In this document: positions 25,201 through 38,611 of the stretch, one piece after another
Layout: each line of letters begins with the position of its first letter
Position numbering within the stretch: the stretch's first letter is position 1
Assembly (NCBI GenBank): GCA_030704615.1
Contig: CM060731.1
Coordinates: 71,238,001 to 71,302,000, forward strand
Length of the DNA stretch: 64,000 nt
Source: Takakia lepidozioides
Lineage: Eukaryota; Plantae; Bryophyta
Direction: 5' to 3'
Program-made: the position numbers and the translations under genes
Notes under the pieces: model-generated
The model's input: only the letters and a program-made list of their open reading frames with translations
What the model was told of the DNA's origin: nothing
Database searches by the model: none

Positions 25201-26960
25201 CTCTGCAGTGGAAAAAATTTGTGAGACCCAGCGCTTTGCGCTTGCCAGTTTGTACAACTTTCTGAATATGTGCATCAAATACGGGGAGGAAAACTCAACG
25301 CTGAGGTATGTGTAGGAAGGGAGGACCGGAATCTCTTGGCTTCCCCACTGCCACTTGAGATCACCGCCTCCCTCTCCTCGGTCGTTGAATGCCACCACTG
25401 CACATTTACTCACATTAGCCTCTAGCCCCCAAAGGTCAAAGTATCTCTTCGTGCAATCAATCAACTCCTGGAGATGGAAGGAGTCTCCCCTATGCCTGCG
25501 AAGTCATCCGCACTCATAAGGGCTGGTATGGTGGCATCACCTACCCTTAACCCCAATCCCTTACTGTCCACGTCCTGGAGGAGTTGATTCATGAAAACAC
25601 TGAAGAGCAGAGGGGAGAGGGTACATCCTTGAGCTACACCTGGTCTATGTCAAAGAAGTTAGACTTCTGTCCATTAACAGTGACACAGCTTTTGGTGTGA
25701 GCATACAAGTTACAGACCAGAGTCGGAGCCATAGTCCGTCTCTCCACACTGTGTCATAAGCCTTTTTGACATCCAAGAAAAATACAAAAGTGGGTTTTCC
25801 TTCTTTTTTCCTTACCTGGATAATCTGGCTTAGAGTGAAGATATGATCCACACAGCCCCTGTTTTGCTGAAAGCCAGCTTGGCAACAACCTCTAGATTCC
25901 AGATCAACCTCGAGAGGAGTACTTATCACTCTGCAAAATATTTTGCCAACTGCATTGAGGAGCGTTATGCCTCGGTAGTTCCCAGTTCTTCTCTGTCACC
26001 CTTCTTGTATAGATTGACAATGACCCCCTGTCGCCAGCAAAAAGGGATCATTTCAGTCCTCCAGATAAGGTTGAAGAGAAGTACAGGGGCCTCTATCATG
26101 GGATCGGCACCGTGCTTGATAAGCTCGTTGACTATGCCATCAGGTCCACCAGCTTTAAATCCGTTCAAATGCTCATTTGCTTCCACAATCTCAGAAGAAC
26201 TAATGGGAGCGTTGTACGCCTCTGAAATATACTCCAATACATCGGGGCTGTCTTGAATCATTGGAACCGTTTTTCCAACTGTGTCCTGCCATTCTTCAGA
26301 GGACCCCTCACTGTTAGACCTAGAAATTCTGTCAAGGATACTGTAGTGGGTTTCAAAGGTTTTGACAATGTCAACCATTGAAGTCACCACTGCACCCTTA
26401 GTAGTCTTCAGCACTTGTACTTGCTGACAGTTTTTCGGCTTGTAAAAACGTTGAAGGGTCAACCAGAATCTCGTCATTTCCACCATGGTGGTTTGAGTTT
26501 ATTTCACTGTATAGCTTGTCCCCGTATAATTTCTTCCGAGACCTTACAAGCTGATTGATATCTTTGCGGACCTGGTAGTACCTAGCCCACAATTCTTTGT
26601 TGGTATTCAAATTGCAGCACTCTGTATAGAGGACTCGTCTTTCAGCTATCTTGAGTTTAATCTCATTGGTCCACCAATTAACAGCTCTACCACAGACAAT
26701 TAGTTTCCTCCCAATGATCTTGTCAGCCACAGAGGAGACGAAACTCGCCCAAGAAGCCACTGCTCTTTCGACTTCATTTCTTGCATTGTCAGAGCGAGAC
26801 TGAAGGTCTTGGATCGAGTGGACAAAAGGAGGGGGAGCATCTTGCAAGGCCTGGACATATTCAGCCTTGACCTCTTCTTGAGAGAGAGAGATTGTACTCA
26901 TAAGACGTTGTTTGCCGTAGCCTTGTGGCCATTGACCCCGCGCCCAGTTTGAGCGGGAAT

Positions 26961-27010
<50 letters not shown>

Positions 27011-30000
27011 TACTCATAAGACGTTGTTTGCCGTAGCCTTGTGGGCATTGAGAGAGAGAGAGAAGAGAGAGAGATGACACCGGCCATAGCCGGCGTAACT
27101 AAGAGCCACTTCACCTTGCGGCTACTGCCCCCTTTCGGGGGTGGGCCCTATATATTAAAAAATATATATATAATAAGAACAAAGGTGCCGTTGTGCCTGC
27201 ATCTAGCAGCGTAGGTGTGGGAGTTTTTGAGTTTTTCTTTGTTACTAATGAGGGCCGTGATGAGGGATCTGATGGAGGTGAGGTGGATTTTTTAAAGCAT
27301 AGGTGGATGGTAGTGGTTGGGGTTTTGAAGTTGTTATGTAGGGCGTCAATGCTATCGGTGTGGATATCTCCTCTGGTTCCAGCTGTGACAACGGTTAGGG
27401 GGCCGTGTGCATGGTAATAATACTTGCAGGAGTGCTGATATGGGCAGGGACATGCTTGTAATGGGTCCATAGTGAAAAGTGCAAGGGACTAGGCTCTTGA
27501 GAGGAAGGAGAGCAGTGACATTTTCTTGTGCACATGTAGGTGGAGCGCATGCTGCAGTGGCTGGCTCACTTGGCAGTGCATCCTGCATCCAAGGTAAGCA
27601 TTGTCAGCTGACTTTGTTGTGGAGCTTGATTATTGTCAGATTCTACTGTTTACAGACGGAAGTAGCTGTGGTAGACTAATGGGAGGGTATGCCACTTTGC
27701 AGGTGGTGCTGTTGCAGGAAGGAGCAGTGCAGGTGGTTGTGGAGGCGCTTGCAGTGCCAGTCACAGCTGCTCCTTGCACAGAAGCAGCTTTCAGATTTGG
27801 GTGGTGGGACTGGAGCTGCAAAGCAATTGCAGCTCTTTGTGACCCTATGATTGCTTTCCTGCCGGCTGCACCTATTGACAGGTGACTCCACTCAGATGCA
27901 TGAAATTGGCCTGACTGTGAGGATCTGTTGCTTCTTAGTTATGTAGTCCTAAGTTCAAAGTCGGTCTGTCAAGTCAATTGCATATGCAAGGCCACATGTT
28001 TAGATGGCCACAGTGAGTTGTCTGTTATCAGCTTGTCTTAGACATGATCTTTGGTCGTGGGAGTGTAGTACTAACAGTTTGAGATGTCTGTGTTGTTGCA
28101 TGACAGACGCATGGCAGAGAACTGCCCAAAGTTCGAGGACTGCTGCGCCATGGCTTCTTCTCTTTTGTCTCTGCTTCAGGTAAGTTACGAGTGCATCCCC
28201 CTTGTATGTTTCTCTTTCTGTGCCGCATAAGATGGCAAAGTATGTCTGGCAATTTAATAGTTGCAGCCTCTTTTTCTGGAGCAAACGTATGACATTCAAG
28301 TGGAACTATTGATTATCATGTACATTCAGGTTCAAGTTGATCAAGCCTATGATACTGAATGTCTAATAGGAATTTTCCAATTATGCTTATTTGCTACACC
28401 CTCAGTTGACAGAAAGAGTTATTAGTGCTCACCTCCAGGGCTGACAGATGTATGGTTCAGGTTTTGCTCTCCCACATCAGTCCTAGTGAGCAGCATCTCC
28501 AGTCACTGGCAACCGTCCGGATTCCCTTTTGCACCTCCTTTTACCCAGCCCTTAGTGCCCTTAGTGTCTTTTGCCTCCATCATGGGTCACGAGCTGGCAA
28601 CGGCACAGGTGGTCCTACGACAAATGGCATGGGCCAACCCAAACGATGGGAGTGTAAGACAATCTCTTTATAATACGAATCCGCAACTTCTAGCAGTGCA
28701 TCCTCTTCATGCTACTTCAGTGTGGCTATAAATTGGACCAGGGGTCTACGCCTCCAACTGGTTTTTGCTGTTTCCAAACCATGCATGATGTTAATGACTG
28801 TATTGTCACAGCATCATGGTATTTAGTCAGGAATGGAAACCAGTGAATAGGAAATCAATGCCTCCTCATGTTCGTCGTAGGTTTGCATGGGCAACTGTGC
28901 ATGATGGAAATGACTGTATTGCTCAAGGAACATGGTGTTTTAGTTGGAAATGGAACCAGTGAATAGGAAATCACTGCTGTGCATCTCCATGTTTGTGAGT
29001 TTGCATGGGCAGCAGAAACTCCTTCTTAAATTTACAAACTGGAGTGGTTCAGTAGTCATGTTATGGATAGTGCTAAGGAGGATATTTTAAGCATCTTTGA
29101 CGATGTTGAAACCTTCTGAAAAAAATTTATGTGGTGCCTTCAGGTGATGCCCTTGGATACGCGGATGGAGATGTTGGGAGTGGCATGGGAGAAATTAGCA
29201 AGCCACGAACTCGGACGAGCTGCCCTTGCTTCAGTGGCTATGCATCAACCTTGCACTCTGCTTGTAGACCCCATAGAGATCCTACCCAGTACCAATGAGG
29301 AGCTTTCAGATTCCATCCCTGCTCGGCCGTCAGAGGGAGGCGATCCGCCCTTGCTCATGTTCTGGCGTAAACTGGCCGATTCGTTGGAAGCTATTGAAAC
29401 TGATAAGCTTGTTCTGGTTGGAGTGGTTCAGAACTCTGCGCTTGCAGCAATTTTGTTGTCTGATGAGGGTAGAAGGTGAGACTGTCTTCATTTAATACCA
29501 CAACACTCTGAACCCTTGTATGACTGGCTTTTGCACTAGGATCAGAGCACCTTCTGGCTATTGCAGTTGGTGGAGAGGCACTAGAGAAGAGAGCAAGAGA
29601 GCACGACGTGTGCACAGTTTGATTCGGCGTGCCATAATCTTGTTACCAGTGACCTCCTGCCTAATTTTCACGAATGATTTAGCTAGACTTGATTGCACAC
29701 TTTTTACTATTGCAAGTTCCTGCTTCTTGAAAGATAGCTGTCCACCATAGCATTGATTCAGTGCAAGTATGGACCACACTAAGGAACATCAAATTTGGGT
29801 ATTGTGTTAAGTATCTGGAACTGCGAAGAGCATTGATGTAACAGTATCTTAGAAGTCCTTCTTATAGAAGGTCTCCCATCGGTAAACATTTGGATCAGAT
29901 TACCTGTTGGTGTTCCCACACCTTTGGCTAGGTTAAGTAGATACAGGCCTAGTGCCCAGCATGGGAAGCTGTTCAAGTAGTCCCTTAGTCCCACTTGGCT

Positions 30001-32700
30001 CAAGTTTGCTTAAGTGGATGGACTGAAGCCCGGCAGTAGTCTACACAAATCTTCTCTTGTTTGTGGCCCTAATCTTCACCTGATCTCTCTGCTGTGCAGT
30101 GTATGTGGTGTGGGGGCCTTGAAGTCTTTCTTTGGAGTAGGCGTGGTGCCCACAGACAGTGCTGGAGCTGAGGACAACTTGCAACCTGTCGTGCATGTTG
30201 CAAGCAGTCTCCAACTGGATGCAACAGAATCTCCTTCACCAAATGGTGCAGGGCTTCTTAGTTCTGTCGCCAAAGCTGTTCGGCAGGAGGTATGTACATT
30301 ATGCTTTTCAAGGCTGTAGTTGTAGCAGATGAGTATCATGACTTGGTAAGGATGATCAATGGTAACTCAAAAGTTGATGGAGCATGTTTTCCTGGTCTGT
30401 GGTCAGACAGCTCCGAAATTCCTTACATGAAATTTGTGTGAACAGGCACATACTGCTGTCACAGCCATGTTAAATATACTCAGAGGAAATCCAACTGAAG
30501 CTAAGGTGGATAATGAGATAATAGCTGTGGTGGAAAATCTTCCCACCCCACGTGCTGTTGCGGAGCGGCGGGCTGAAGCTGTTGCAGCACAAGTGCCTCG
30601 GCCCTTGCATGTTCTGACATCAGACAGCCCAACTGAGGACGTTGAACTGATGGGAATGGCTGCAGACTCATCCATCAGTGATGTAAGGGGGACCATTGTA
30701 TGGGAGTGTCCCACCATGTCGCAGGAAAGGCCACCTGTGGCCATCAGCACATCAAAGAGGAGGCCTATATCTACAATAGAGGTTGCAAGCAAGCGGCACC
30801 GTGGAGAAGCTGGACCGGAGCCACCGTCAAGCCGTGCTGGTGCTGCTTCAAACTCAAGCCGCCGTGACACATTTCGGCAGCGGAAGCCCAACACAAGCAG
30901 GCCACCGTCAATGCATGTTGACGACTATGTGGCACGCGAAAGAACCAATGACTTTCCCACAGGAGGTAGTCCTGCTCCTACTTCTGTTCCTTTGCAGCGT
31001 TCGAATTCCGGTGGAGGAAGACCACCCTCAATTCATGTGGATGAATTCATGGCTCGCCAACGTGAACGTCAGCAATCTTCTGCTCAACCGGTGGCGCAAG
31101 CTTTGGTGGAATGTGGTGGGAATAGAGGTTGCATCGCCTCACCAGAGGCTGAAGAGAACGGTTCTATGCAAGGACTGATAGAAGTACGGACACACACTGC
31201 CCAAGGAACCGCAGACTCCACCGGTATGGGCATGGCTGTTTCAGGCGTGGCCTCATTCTCTGTGGCTGTTGCCATAACCCCCCCTCTGGGAAATCGGGCC
31301 ACACCTTCCTTTAGTGGTGTTGGGGAGGCATCACAGCCTCATTCTGTCAAGCCTCTGCTGCTTGAAAACAACACAGGTTCACAGTCTGCCGCTTCAGACC
31401 TTAACAATTTGGCTGTGAAGCAGTTTGACAAATCTAAGCATATACAAGGCAATGGGGTGGCCACGCAGAAGATGGACAGCAGTAGACAGCCTAATGCAGC
31501 TCGAGCAGTCAAGGGACTTCAAATTGAGACCGGACGTGCTAGAAACAAGACAGCAGACCTGCTACCAGTGCTGTCGCAAGCATTTGACATGGAGGGTGGT
31601 AATCCTATGACTGGCTCCTTGTCAGCAAGGGAGTCTAGGCATTCACCTGGTGTTAGTGGCCCAGTACAAGGATTGGAGGTGACAAATAGTGCAGGCTCTG
31701 GTACTGCTATGCCAACATCAATGTGGGAGCAGCAGAGACCCCTCTCAGATATGGCAATCAATGTGGTTCTTCCTCCTCCTCCCCCCCTTCCACCCAGCTG
31801 GTTGGACCCACCTCTGCGCAGACCAGAACCTATCCTGCTGCCACAATCTGTGCCTCTACACTCTCCACACCAGAATGGTCCTGCCTACACTTACACCCAA
31901 CCTCTGCGGCCACCTTCAGACTTGCAAATGGCAGGTGCCATCCAAGCGACTGGGGGGACGTGGCGCGACGGACCCATCTTCACTGGCCTACCTCACCCTC
32001 CTCCACCCTTGCACGTCCCCATCCAGCACGGGCCCTCTCCTGTCTCAGGGTCCTCATATGGTCCTAGCATGCCATTGGACAGTATGCCAGGCTGCTACCC
32101 GATGACTCACGCTCCTCCAGTTTCTTCGAGTGACCGCAGGTTTGGGAGCTTTCCTGGGCCCTTTCCTGGGCAGGCACAATCCCCCCAGTCTGCGCTTCCT
32201 GCTTCTTCATTTCTGCCACCAGTTCCAGCTGGCAGGCCCCCTTCAACTCACAATATCACAACTCAATCACAACAGCAGGTACCTCGCTCATCACAACCAC
32301 AGCAGCAAGCAGAGGGTTCCCCACACCCGCCAGAGCCAGGAGCATTGCTGCAGCAGATGCTTGCATCTCCAGATGCCATTCAAGTATGTTCTTCTTGCAT
32401 TTTCTGTCTCAAAATCTTAAAAGACAGGGCAGGTTGCCATTCTTTGTGCAAGAACTGTTTGTGTGGTGCTCTGCTGAGCATTGTGCTGGTGTGCTGCCTG
32501 ACAGGCACTTCTGAAAGATCAAAACAAGCTTCGGCAGCTATTGGAGCAGCATCCTAAGCTAATTACTCTCCTTCAGGTATAACTTTACTCTTGCCATACA
32601 CCTGACAGCTCAAAATTTTGTTTGTACACTGCTGCCTGGGATGCTGTAGGATTGGGGTGTAATGCTGTTCCTCATATCTCAGGATAAAACTTTTGTTTGA
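16265..32700 (+). CDS. VIR: VIRILIZER (VIRMA/KIAA1429 homolog), m6A methyltransferase complex subunit; multi-exon
   Basis: Exons 16265-16339 (MAAPPCTLLFAESFQH...VDE), 17089-17177 (VRFSEPVVISACE), 17367-17490, and 17689-18261 (VTEHVVVRGSYRALTLLIFGN) give the VIR_N domain. Exon 30446-32383 has RRDTFRQRKPNTSRPPSMHVDDYVARER. Exon 32505-32576 reads ALLKDQNKLRQLLEQHPKL. The last exon (32683-32700) is tentative. Confidence 0.93.
23752..24263 (-). mobile_element. Internally deleted RTE/RTEX-like LINE copy with complete 3' end, in a VIR intron (23369-27539)
   Basis: WRDGLWFRLW (RT) is joined directly to the CPLCGQSEDSIHFLIHC C-terminus, then the 67-nt 3' terminal motif. (GA)n on both sides. Confidence 0.8.
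24840..26880 (-). mobile_element. Decayed RTE/RTEX-like LINE ORF2 (linker plus RT) in the VIR intron
   Basis: KAGGPDGIVNELIK, QAGFQQNRGCVDHIF, FLDVKKAYDTVWRDGLW, QGCTLSPLLF, SADD, YTYL. Confidence 0.88.
26881..27073 (-). repeat. Two ultra-short LINE 3'-end copies embedded in (GA)n tracts
   Basis: TGTACTCATAAGACGTTGTTTGCCGTAGCCTTGTGG at 26893 and 27009, identical to 23752. Confidence 0.85.
28782..29011. repeat. Diverged ~115-bp tandem duplication in a VIR intron
   Basis: TGCATGATG..AATGACTGTATTG...ACCAGTGAATAGGAAATCA...TTTGCATGGGCA occurs twice. Confidence 0.7.
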
Positions 32701-35700
32701 GGGCCAAACAATGTGAACCTGGACTCTGAACAGGGCTGACGTTTAAAGGAGATCCTTGCCTCTCCATGGTCGTCCAGAAAGCTGAGAAGCAGGAGTCCAG
32801 TGAAGTAGTACTGCAGCTGGTGCTGTAAATGACACCCTCATAAGACAATGTGAAGCATCTCATTTACCTGGAAAGCCCTCTTTCACAAGGCGATGCTGGA
32901 GTCGTTCAGTTTACGTTTTAGTTTCATGAATAAGGTCCACATGCCACTCCTCACTGTCAGGGTGCCAGAATAATCAATCTTGTTTGACAATATTACCATA
33001 TCACCTTCACTGTACAAACTCTTCTTGAAATGAAGTTTGGAATCAAATGTACGCTTTTAAGAGTGTGACGGACAAGTGAAAAATTGCCCATGTGCACCAG
33101 GGCGAAATGGCATTGATGAAGGGTTCGGTCCTGGTCCCGGAGGCTTCTTTGTGTTGGTGTGAACTCATTCGACAAGTTTGTTGGGTGTGGAGTGCAGGAG
33201 AAAATGAGTCAAGGCCCATCATGACACTGATTGCCGAGGGGGAAGGATTCCAGAAAGCGAGCTTACTTGCGAGCTTATTGTCTAATAAAGGTGTGGAGAT
33301 AGTGAATGATGCACTTCTCCGTATGCACTGCTTTCTCATGGTCTGTTTTTAGATTAGCTGTAGGGTTGGTGGGCATGGAATTTTCTCTCAGGCTTGCTTT
33401 CTGCAGCTATTTCAAGGACTAACAGTATTATATGTTCAGGGAAATGCAAGAAGCCAGAACAGGGAGGAATTGATCTGAGGCATACCCCAAGGCTTAAGTT
33501 TGCCAGATTTCTCCATAAGCACCCAAGTAAAATGACAGTTGCTTTCTTATGTGTGTATGGATAAACATACTTCCTACGGTATTCACTGAAAGAGCTTGCA
33601 GTGGGATAAACTCCGCTTAGTCACACAATTTCCAAAGCAAGTGAAGTGCTCGGGGTTCATAGCATTTCTTCCCTCCACGGCAGTTTCCACTGTACAGGAT
33701 GGTGTTTTACAGTACAAATGATTGAAATCTCTCTATTCATGGCAGCAAATGCTGATTCTTATTTGGTACCTGAAGCCTAGTGTATGGCTTTTTAAGATTC
33801 TGTATTATGGTGAGATCCTTTGGAGTCACTGTCATGCTTGATGGACAAGAGTTGAAGTTCATTTCAGGGAGTGCATTTCAAGGCGTGGTTTGTTTATCCT
33901 CATCGATTTGTTATACTGTCACAATACTGTCGACGCCCCAAAGGCTTCGAGGTTCTAACCTAAAATTTATTCTCATCACAGGAGAAGCTTCTGAGATGGA
34001 CTTAAGCATGTAATTATTGTCACTAGATGTGCACTATCTATTCAAGATGGTTGTGCAACCTCTGGAAGTTGGATATGAAAGCACTGTGACTAAGGGATGG
34101 TGGTGGAATTTGACATGGACCATGTGGCGTTTCTTTGATTAGTTCAGAGTCTGTGCAGTCCATTAGCATACATGATATGACTCGTACCAGTAAATCATTG
34201 GCGCAAGTGACTTGAGCAACATTAGAAATCAAGATATGTAGACCTGAAACGCAGTCACCAAGGAAATATTGCAGCTGTAGGTGCATAATACAAATTATTG
34301 CTTGGCTTCATGACAGACGCAACGTTGTGCTCTAGGATACAGCAATATTTAGCCTAGCTATTGCTATCTTTACTCTCAGGATCGCTAGTTTGTATACGTT
34401 ATGAAGATGATCATGAAACGAACATACGAAAAAAAATGCGTTAGTGTGCATACAGCACACACCTAATGCTACCCCGTCCGTCATCGAGCACTTGGTAGCA
34501 GTCCACAAAGGACAAGGTCGTGCAGAGTGCAGAGCCCGAAGCAGCAACGTGGAGGACGTCCGACGCTCATGAGCTGTGCAGTGCAAGAAAACTCGAGCGC
34601 ACCGCTCGTGTGGAAAACCACAGCGAGCGGCTTCCTTCTGCATCTGTCGGAGCGCATGTCCCGAAGTCGGTGGCCGAGGCGCGGTCCTACTATCAGACTC
34701 CAGAGCACGTGAATTTCTCAAATGCCTCAGAAGCAGCACTCCAGGATCTGTAATCGTATCTGAGGAGGTAACAGCTAGCTTCTCTTGTTCAGTCTTATCT
34801 CTTTGCGGTAAAGCGCATGTGGATGGATGCTTTTAGCTCTGTAAAGAGTCCTGGCCTCATCAATCTAGACCTGGACAGGTTTTTTGTGCAGCATTGCAGA
34901 ATTTGACTACAATGCGGCAACATAAGATTGAGTTGCCGGCCAGAGACTGCCTGCCGAGCAAGGAAGAGAACAGAAACCCTGTCGTCTTGTTAGGAAATGT
35001 TGTTCACGCCCTTTGCCGCAGGATTTGTCCAAATTGGAGATGAACTTCTGCAATTGAAAGGTTTCCAGGTATTCCTGCGTACATGCAAGTATTGAAATAT
35101 CTAGCTTCTGTGATCGGACACCCGGCTGTTGCAGCAATGAGCATTCTGGCAGTTGTGAAAGCAGGCAAAGAAGTGTTGCATCAAGGACATTAGCCTCTTC
35201 TTGCTACTATTCACCTGTTTCCAGCTCCCATCCCGTGTTCAAATTCTTCTTCTAGACCTTCCGGCCATTATAATGGTTGTACAGGACGACTTACCATTTT
35301 CCACCAAGATTTGTCGTCAATTGTACACGAGGATGCTTCAATGCAGAGCACCGCACACCAATGTGCATGACGTCAACCAGTCTGGGCCGACGTGAAGATT
35401 ACCTCACGAATAGAGACTTATGTGGACAACTTGCTTCCTATATGAAGAGAGTGCACTCGGACCTCATTTTGACTGGAGAGTTTGTTCTATGCATGACCTG
35501 CCGAATAGAGAGGACAGTAGGACGAAGTGCTTCTGAGATGAGTCCTTCAAATATTTTTTCTTGAAGAGGAAGACATTGCAGTTACTAATTACATCTACTT
35601 GCTAATCATCCAGGTTCAAATCACGTTCCTCCTTGCGTCGGACGCATGTCTCAGAAAATGAAAGTTCTTGGACCGAAGGTGCTTTCATTACCTGATTAAA

Positions 35701-36074
35701 TCACAGCGTCATATTATCTTTGGCAGCTGACAATTGGCATTACATATCTTTTCAATCTCAAGGTTGATATGTTTGAAACTGAGTGGTGCACATTGAAGGT
35801 AGAAAGCCAAAAGTATTGACAAATTTTGAGATGCCTGGATATAGTTTTGAAATGTGGTGTGTTATGCATGTATTTAGTTGTCACAATGATTGTCATGGGG
35901 ATGCTTAGACAGATAAAAAGTCTTCTGAAAGTGTTGGATGTGTAGCCTAATTCCTATAGCTTGTTTGTTTTCATCTTGCCTACTATACTGATCTACCTTT
36001 TGGCATGCAGGTCTATGATCCTTCCTTGGTGCGAAAGGTGACCCCTCCCTCCCTCCCTCCCTCTCTCCTTCCCC

Positions 36075-37030
36075 AAGGTGTAGCACAAGAGGGATTAATA
36101 CTGAAGTTAAAAGGGCGATGTTTTGCAACATTATTAGGCCTGCCTTGGAGTACGCATCTGCTGTGTGGGTCGACAATTCCAACCGTGTTCAGTCTCTAGA
36201 ATCCATTCAGGTCACGGTGCTCAATGAAAGCATGTCGGTGTGTTCTAGAACAGCTAATGGGGCTGTTCAGGGTGGGTTTGGCATGCCTCCCTTAAGCTTG
36301 CAAAATGATAAATTCAAGATCAGATGGTGGGGTCAGTTGAATCGCATGTCTAGTACCAGATACCTGATGCTATTTCTTGGAAGCAAGACCGTCCTGTTAA
36401 ACAGGACGAGTCTTGGTGGAAAAGGGTAGAAGAGATTTTCAAGTATCTGGATATTAGGAAGAGTTAACCCTACTGGAGGAAGCTGACCTGGAGAGGGTTG
36501 TGTCCAAATTCAAGTCTGATGCCCAAAGACTGTCCAAAGAAAATGAAGGTAGGCATAGAACTTCCTTGAAATTGTTTCCAGACTGTGACATGGGAATGGA
36601 CCTGAAGGCTGATCTGAAGGGCCTACCTACCCCTCAGCACTAGACTGAAATTTAAACTCAGGATGGGGAGGCTACCTTTGACCAATAAACAGATGCAGAG
36701 AGGAAAAGGAGATTGTAATTGCCCGACATGTGGGCAACCTGAAGACAATATCCATTTTCTGATACATTGTCCGGGGTATTCTCACCATAGAGTGATCCTC
36801 TTCAGGAACATCAAGAACATGGTTCCTGCACCTCTATTCACCAACTTTCAAAATCTCAAGGCTGAGCCTAAAGCCCTGGCCCTGTTGGGGTCCAACTTTT
36901 GGGCTGCTCACACACAGCAGATTGATGCTTGTGTGAAGGGCTTTCTAGAGGATATCTGGAAAGCCCGAACTAATTGATTATATCAAGGTAAGTCCCACTA
37001 CTGGAGTGAGCCCCCTCACAGAGCTAGTGT
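36075..37030 (+). mobile_element. 5'-truncated RTE/RTEX-like LINE 3' portion (diverged subfamily)
   Basis: IIRPALEYASAVW, RWWGQL, CPTCGQPEDNIHFLIHC. Preceded by a (CCCT)n/CT tract. Confidence 0.82.
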
Positions 37031-37316
37031 CTGTTAACTGTATGGAGTCTATGGCCTCAAGGCTCCAGCAAACAAAGTCCTATGAGCATTGAGTACATTC
37101 TCTCTTAATGACCAGCTGTCACTCACAATGTAACTCTTTTGGATAGTACTTGCCTTTAAAGGCCAATAATATGTTGACAGGAAGGTAAATTGTATTCTGA
37201 AGGGCGCCAATTCTTGAGGTTGTTGGACAACTGGCTGACTTGATGTAGTACATAGGTATTTTCCATAGTTGACAGAACGGTAGACTGCACATGCATGTCT
37301 CTTGTTCCCCACCTCA

Positions 37317-37850
37317 GAAACCAAGGGGCAGTTCCGAAGTGCAAGATCTTACACAGTTGTGCTCCAGGACGTTGTAATGCAATTGGCGCAGGAGCGGCAA
37401 CGAAGAGAAGTTTGCAATTCAAGATTACAGGTCAGGTTTTATTCTCTTCATGCACTCAATGCGCACACACAAGAATTAGATTACTTTTGACAACGAAGTC
37501 TGGAGATTCTTAGGCTTGATTGTCTGCAACAGGAGAGAGAGAACGAACTTCAGCTCTTTTCTGAGGCATTCGGCAGCAAACTCCATGAACTTCGGTATGT
37601 TGGAGGTCCTCTTATGCGTGGAGCTCTTTCTGTAGCATACATCTTTAAGTTGATGGTAGCAGTTCAATGAATGAGATGCATCATCCCCTGCAATTGATCA
37701 GCAGCACAAATTTGACAAAATTGTTCGGGGAAACTTGAGTGCAGCAAGTCAATGAAGGAGTCAATGCTATCTTTCAGAGACGTGAAGGAGGGGGAGTGTC
37801 TTGGAGAGGAGAACTTGAAAGAGCATGAAATCAAAGCACTTGACCTTCGG
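37317..37850 (+). pseudogene. Possible exons of an unidentified coiled-coil gene, perhaps degenerate
   Basis: AG/GT-bounded segments splice in frame: ETKGQF...LAQERQRREVCNSRLQ then ERENELQLFSEAFGSKLHELR. The next segment has stops in all frames. No family recognised. Confidence 0.3.
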
Positions 37851-38611
37851 TAACTTTGTAGTAATTGCGGCTCCTCAACCCTCTTCACCCATCTTTGGGA
37901 TCAACTGAGGGTATCACTATCCTCTATGCAGATGTCAACTATCAAAATGTATAGGAGTAGGACATAGGAGAAGTCTGCATTGTCTACCACTGCAACATCA
38001 GCGAAGACACTTCCATATGATAGCTGATCTGTATGACAAGCCACACTCAGTGGCTGAGTATGGGGGGTACCCACATAGCAAGTACTTGCAATTCATTTCT
38101 GGAGTTGGACGCTGTCTGAGAAAAGCTGGGGAAACAATCTGCGGGTGGATGGATTTACATATGACATGTGCTTCAGACATAATGGCTAATACAGTTTAAA
38201 ATATTCGGAAACTTGCAGTGATGCTGAGGTTTCAGTGGGCTGTACTAATTTGCAATTCCATTCCCATTTCTCACAAACCTAAACTCTCACCTATGGAGGA
38301 ACATATGGATTGGCCAGAAATTTGAAAAAGCAGGTGATATTTGTTTGTTTGTTACATTTTGCAACAATATTAGAAACCCAATTAGAATAGAAATATGAAT
38401 GCCTGGAGTACATTCTCCATTGACTGTTTCAAATATGATCAAAATGGTCTGTACAGATTTCTGAATCTCTAGATGCCCTCACATCAAAGGTAATAAGCCC
38501 CTCAATATCACCAGATACTTAAGAACTAAACAATGCATCATATTTAAACAATTAGGATACCTGCGACTTTACATCCATCAAACCAGTCTCAGAATATTTA
38601 CAGAAAAATAG

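Noticed and set aside
27075-27150. GC-rich hairpin CCCC-TTTC-GGGG next to the LINE cluster (possible ribozyme or SINE)
   Set aside because: I could not build an HDV or hammerhead core or Pol III A/B boxes by eye.
3608-32700. Histone, DNA and RNA methylation functions (SET, DNMT, VIR) adjacent as a possible functional cluster
   Set aside because: VIR is a conserved host gene, and the other two are decayed TE cargo. Adjacency to VIR is most simply chance.
33000-35700. Many short overlapping ORFs downstream of VIR
   Set aside because: No recognisable domain or consistent spliced frame. They may be UTR or decayed exons belonging with 37317-37850.
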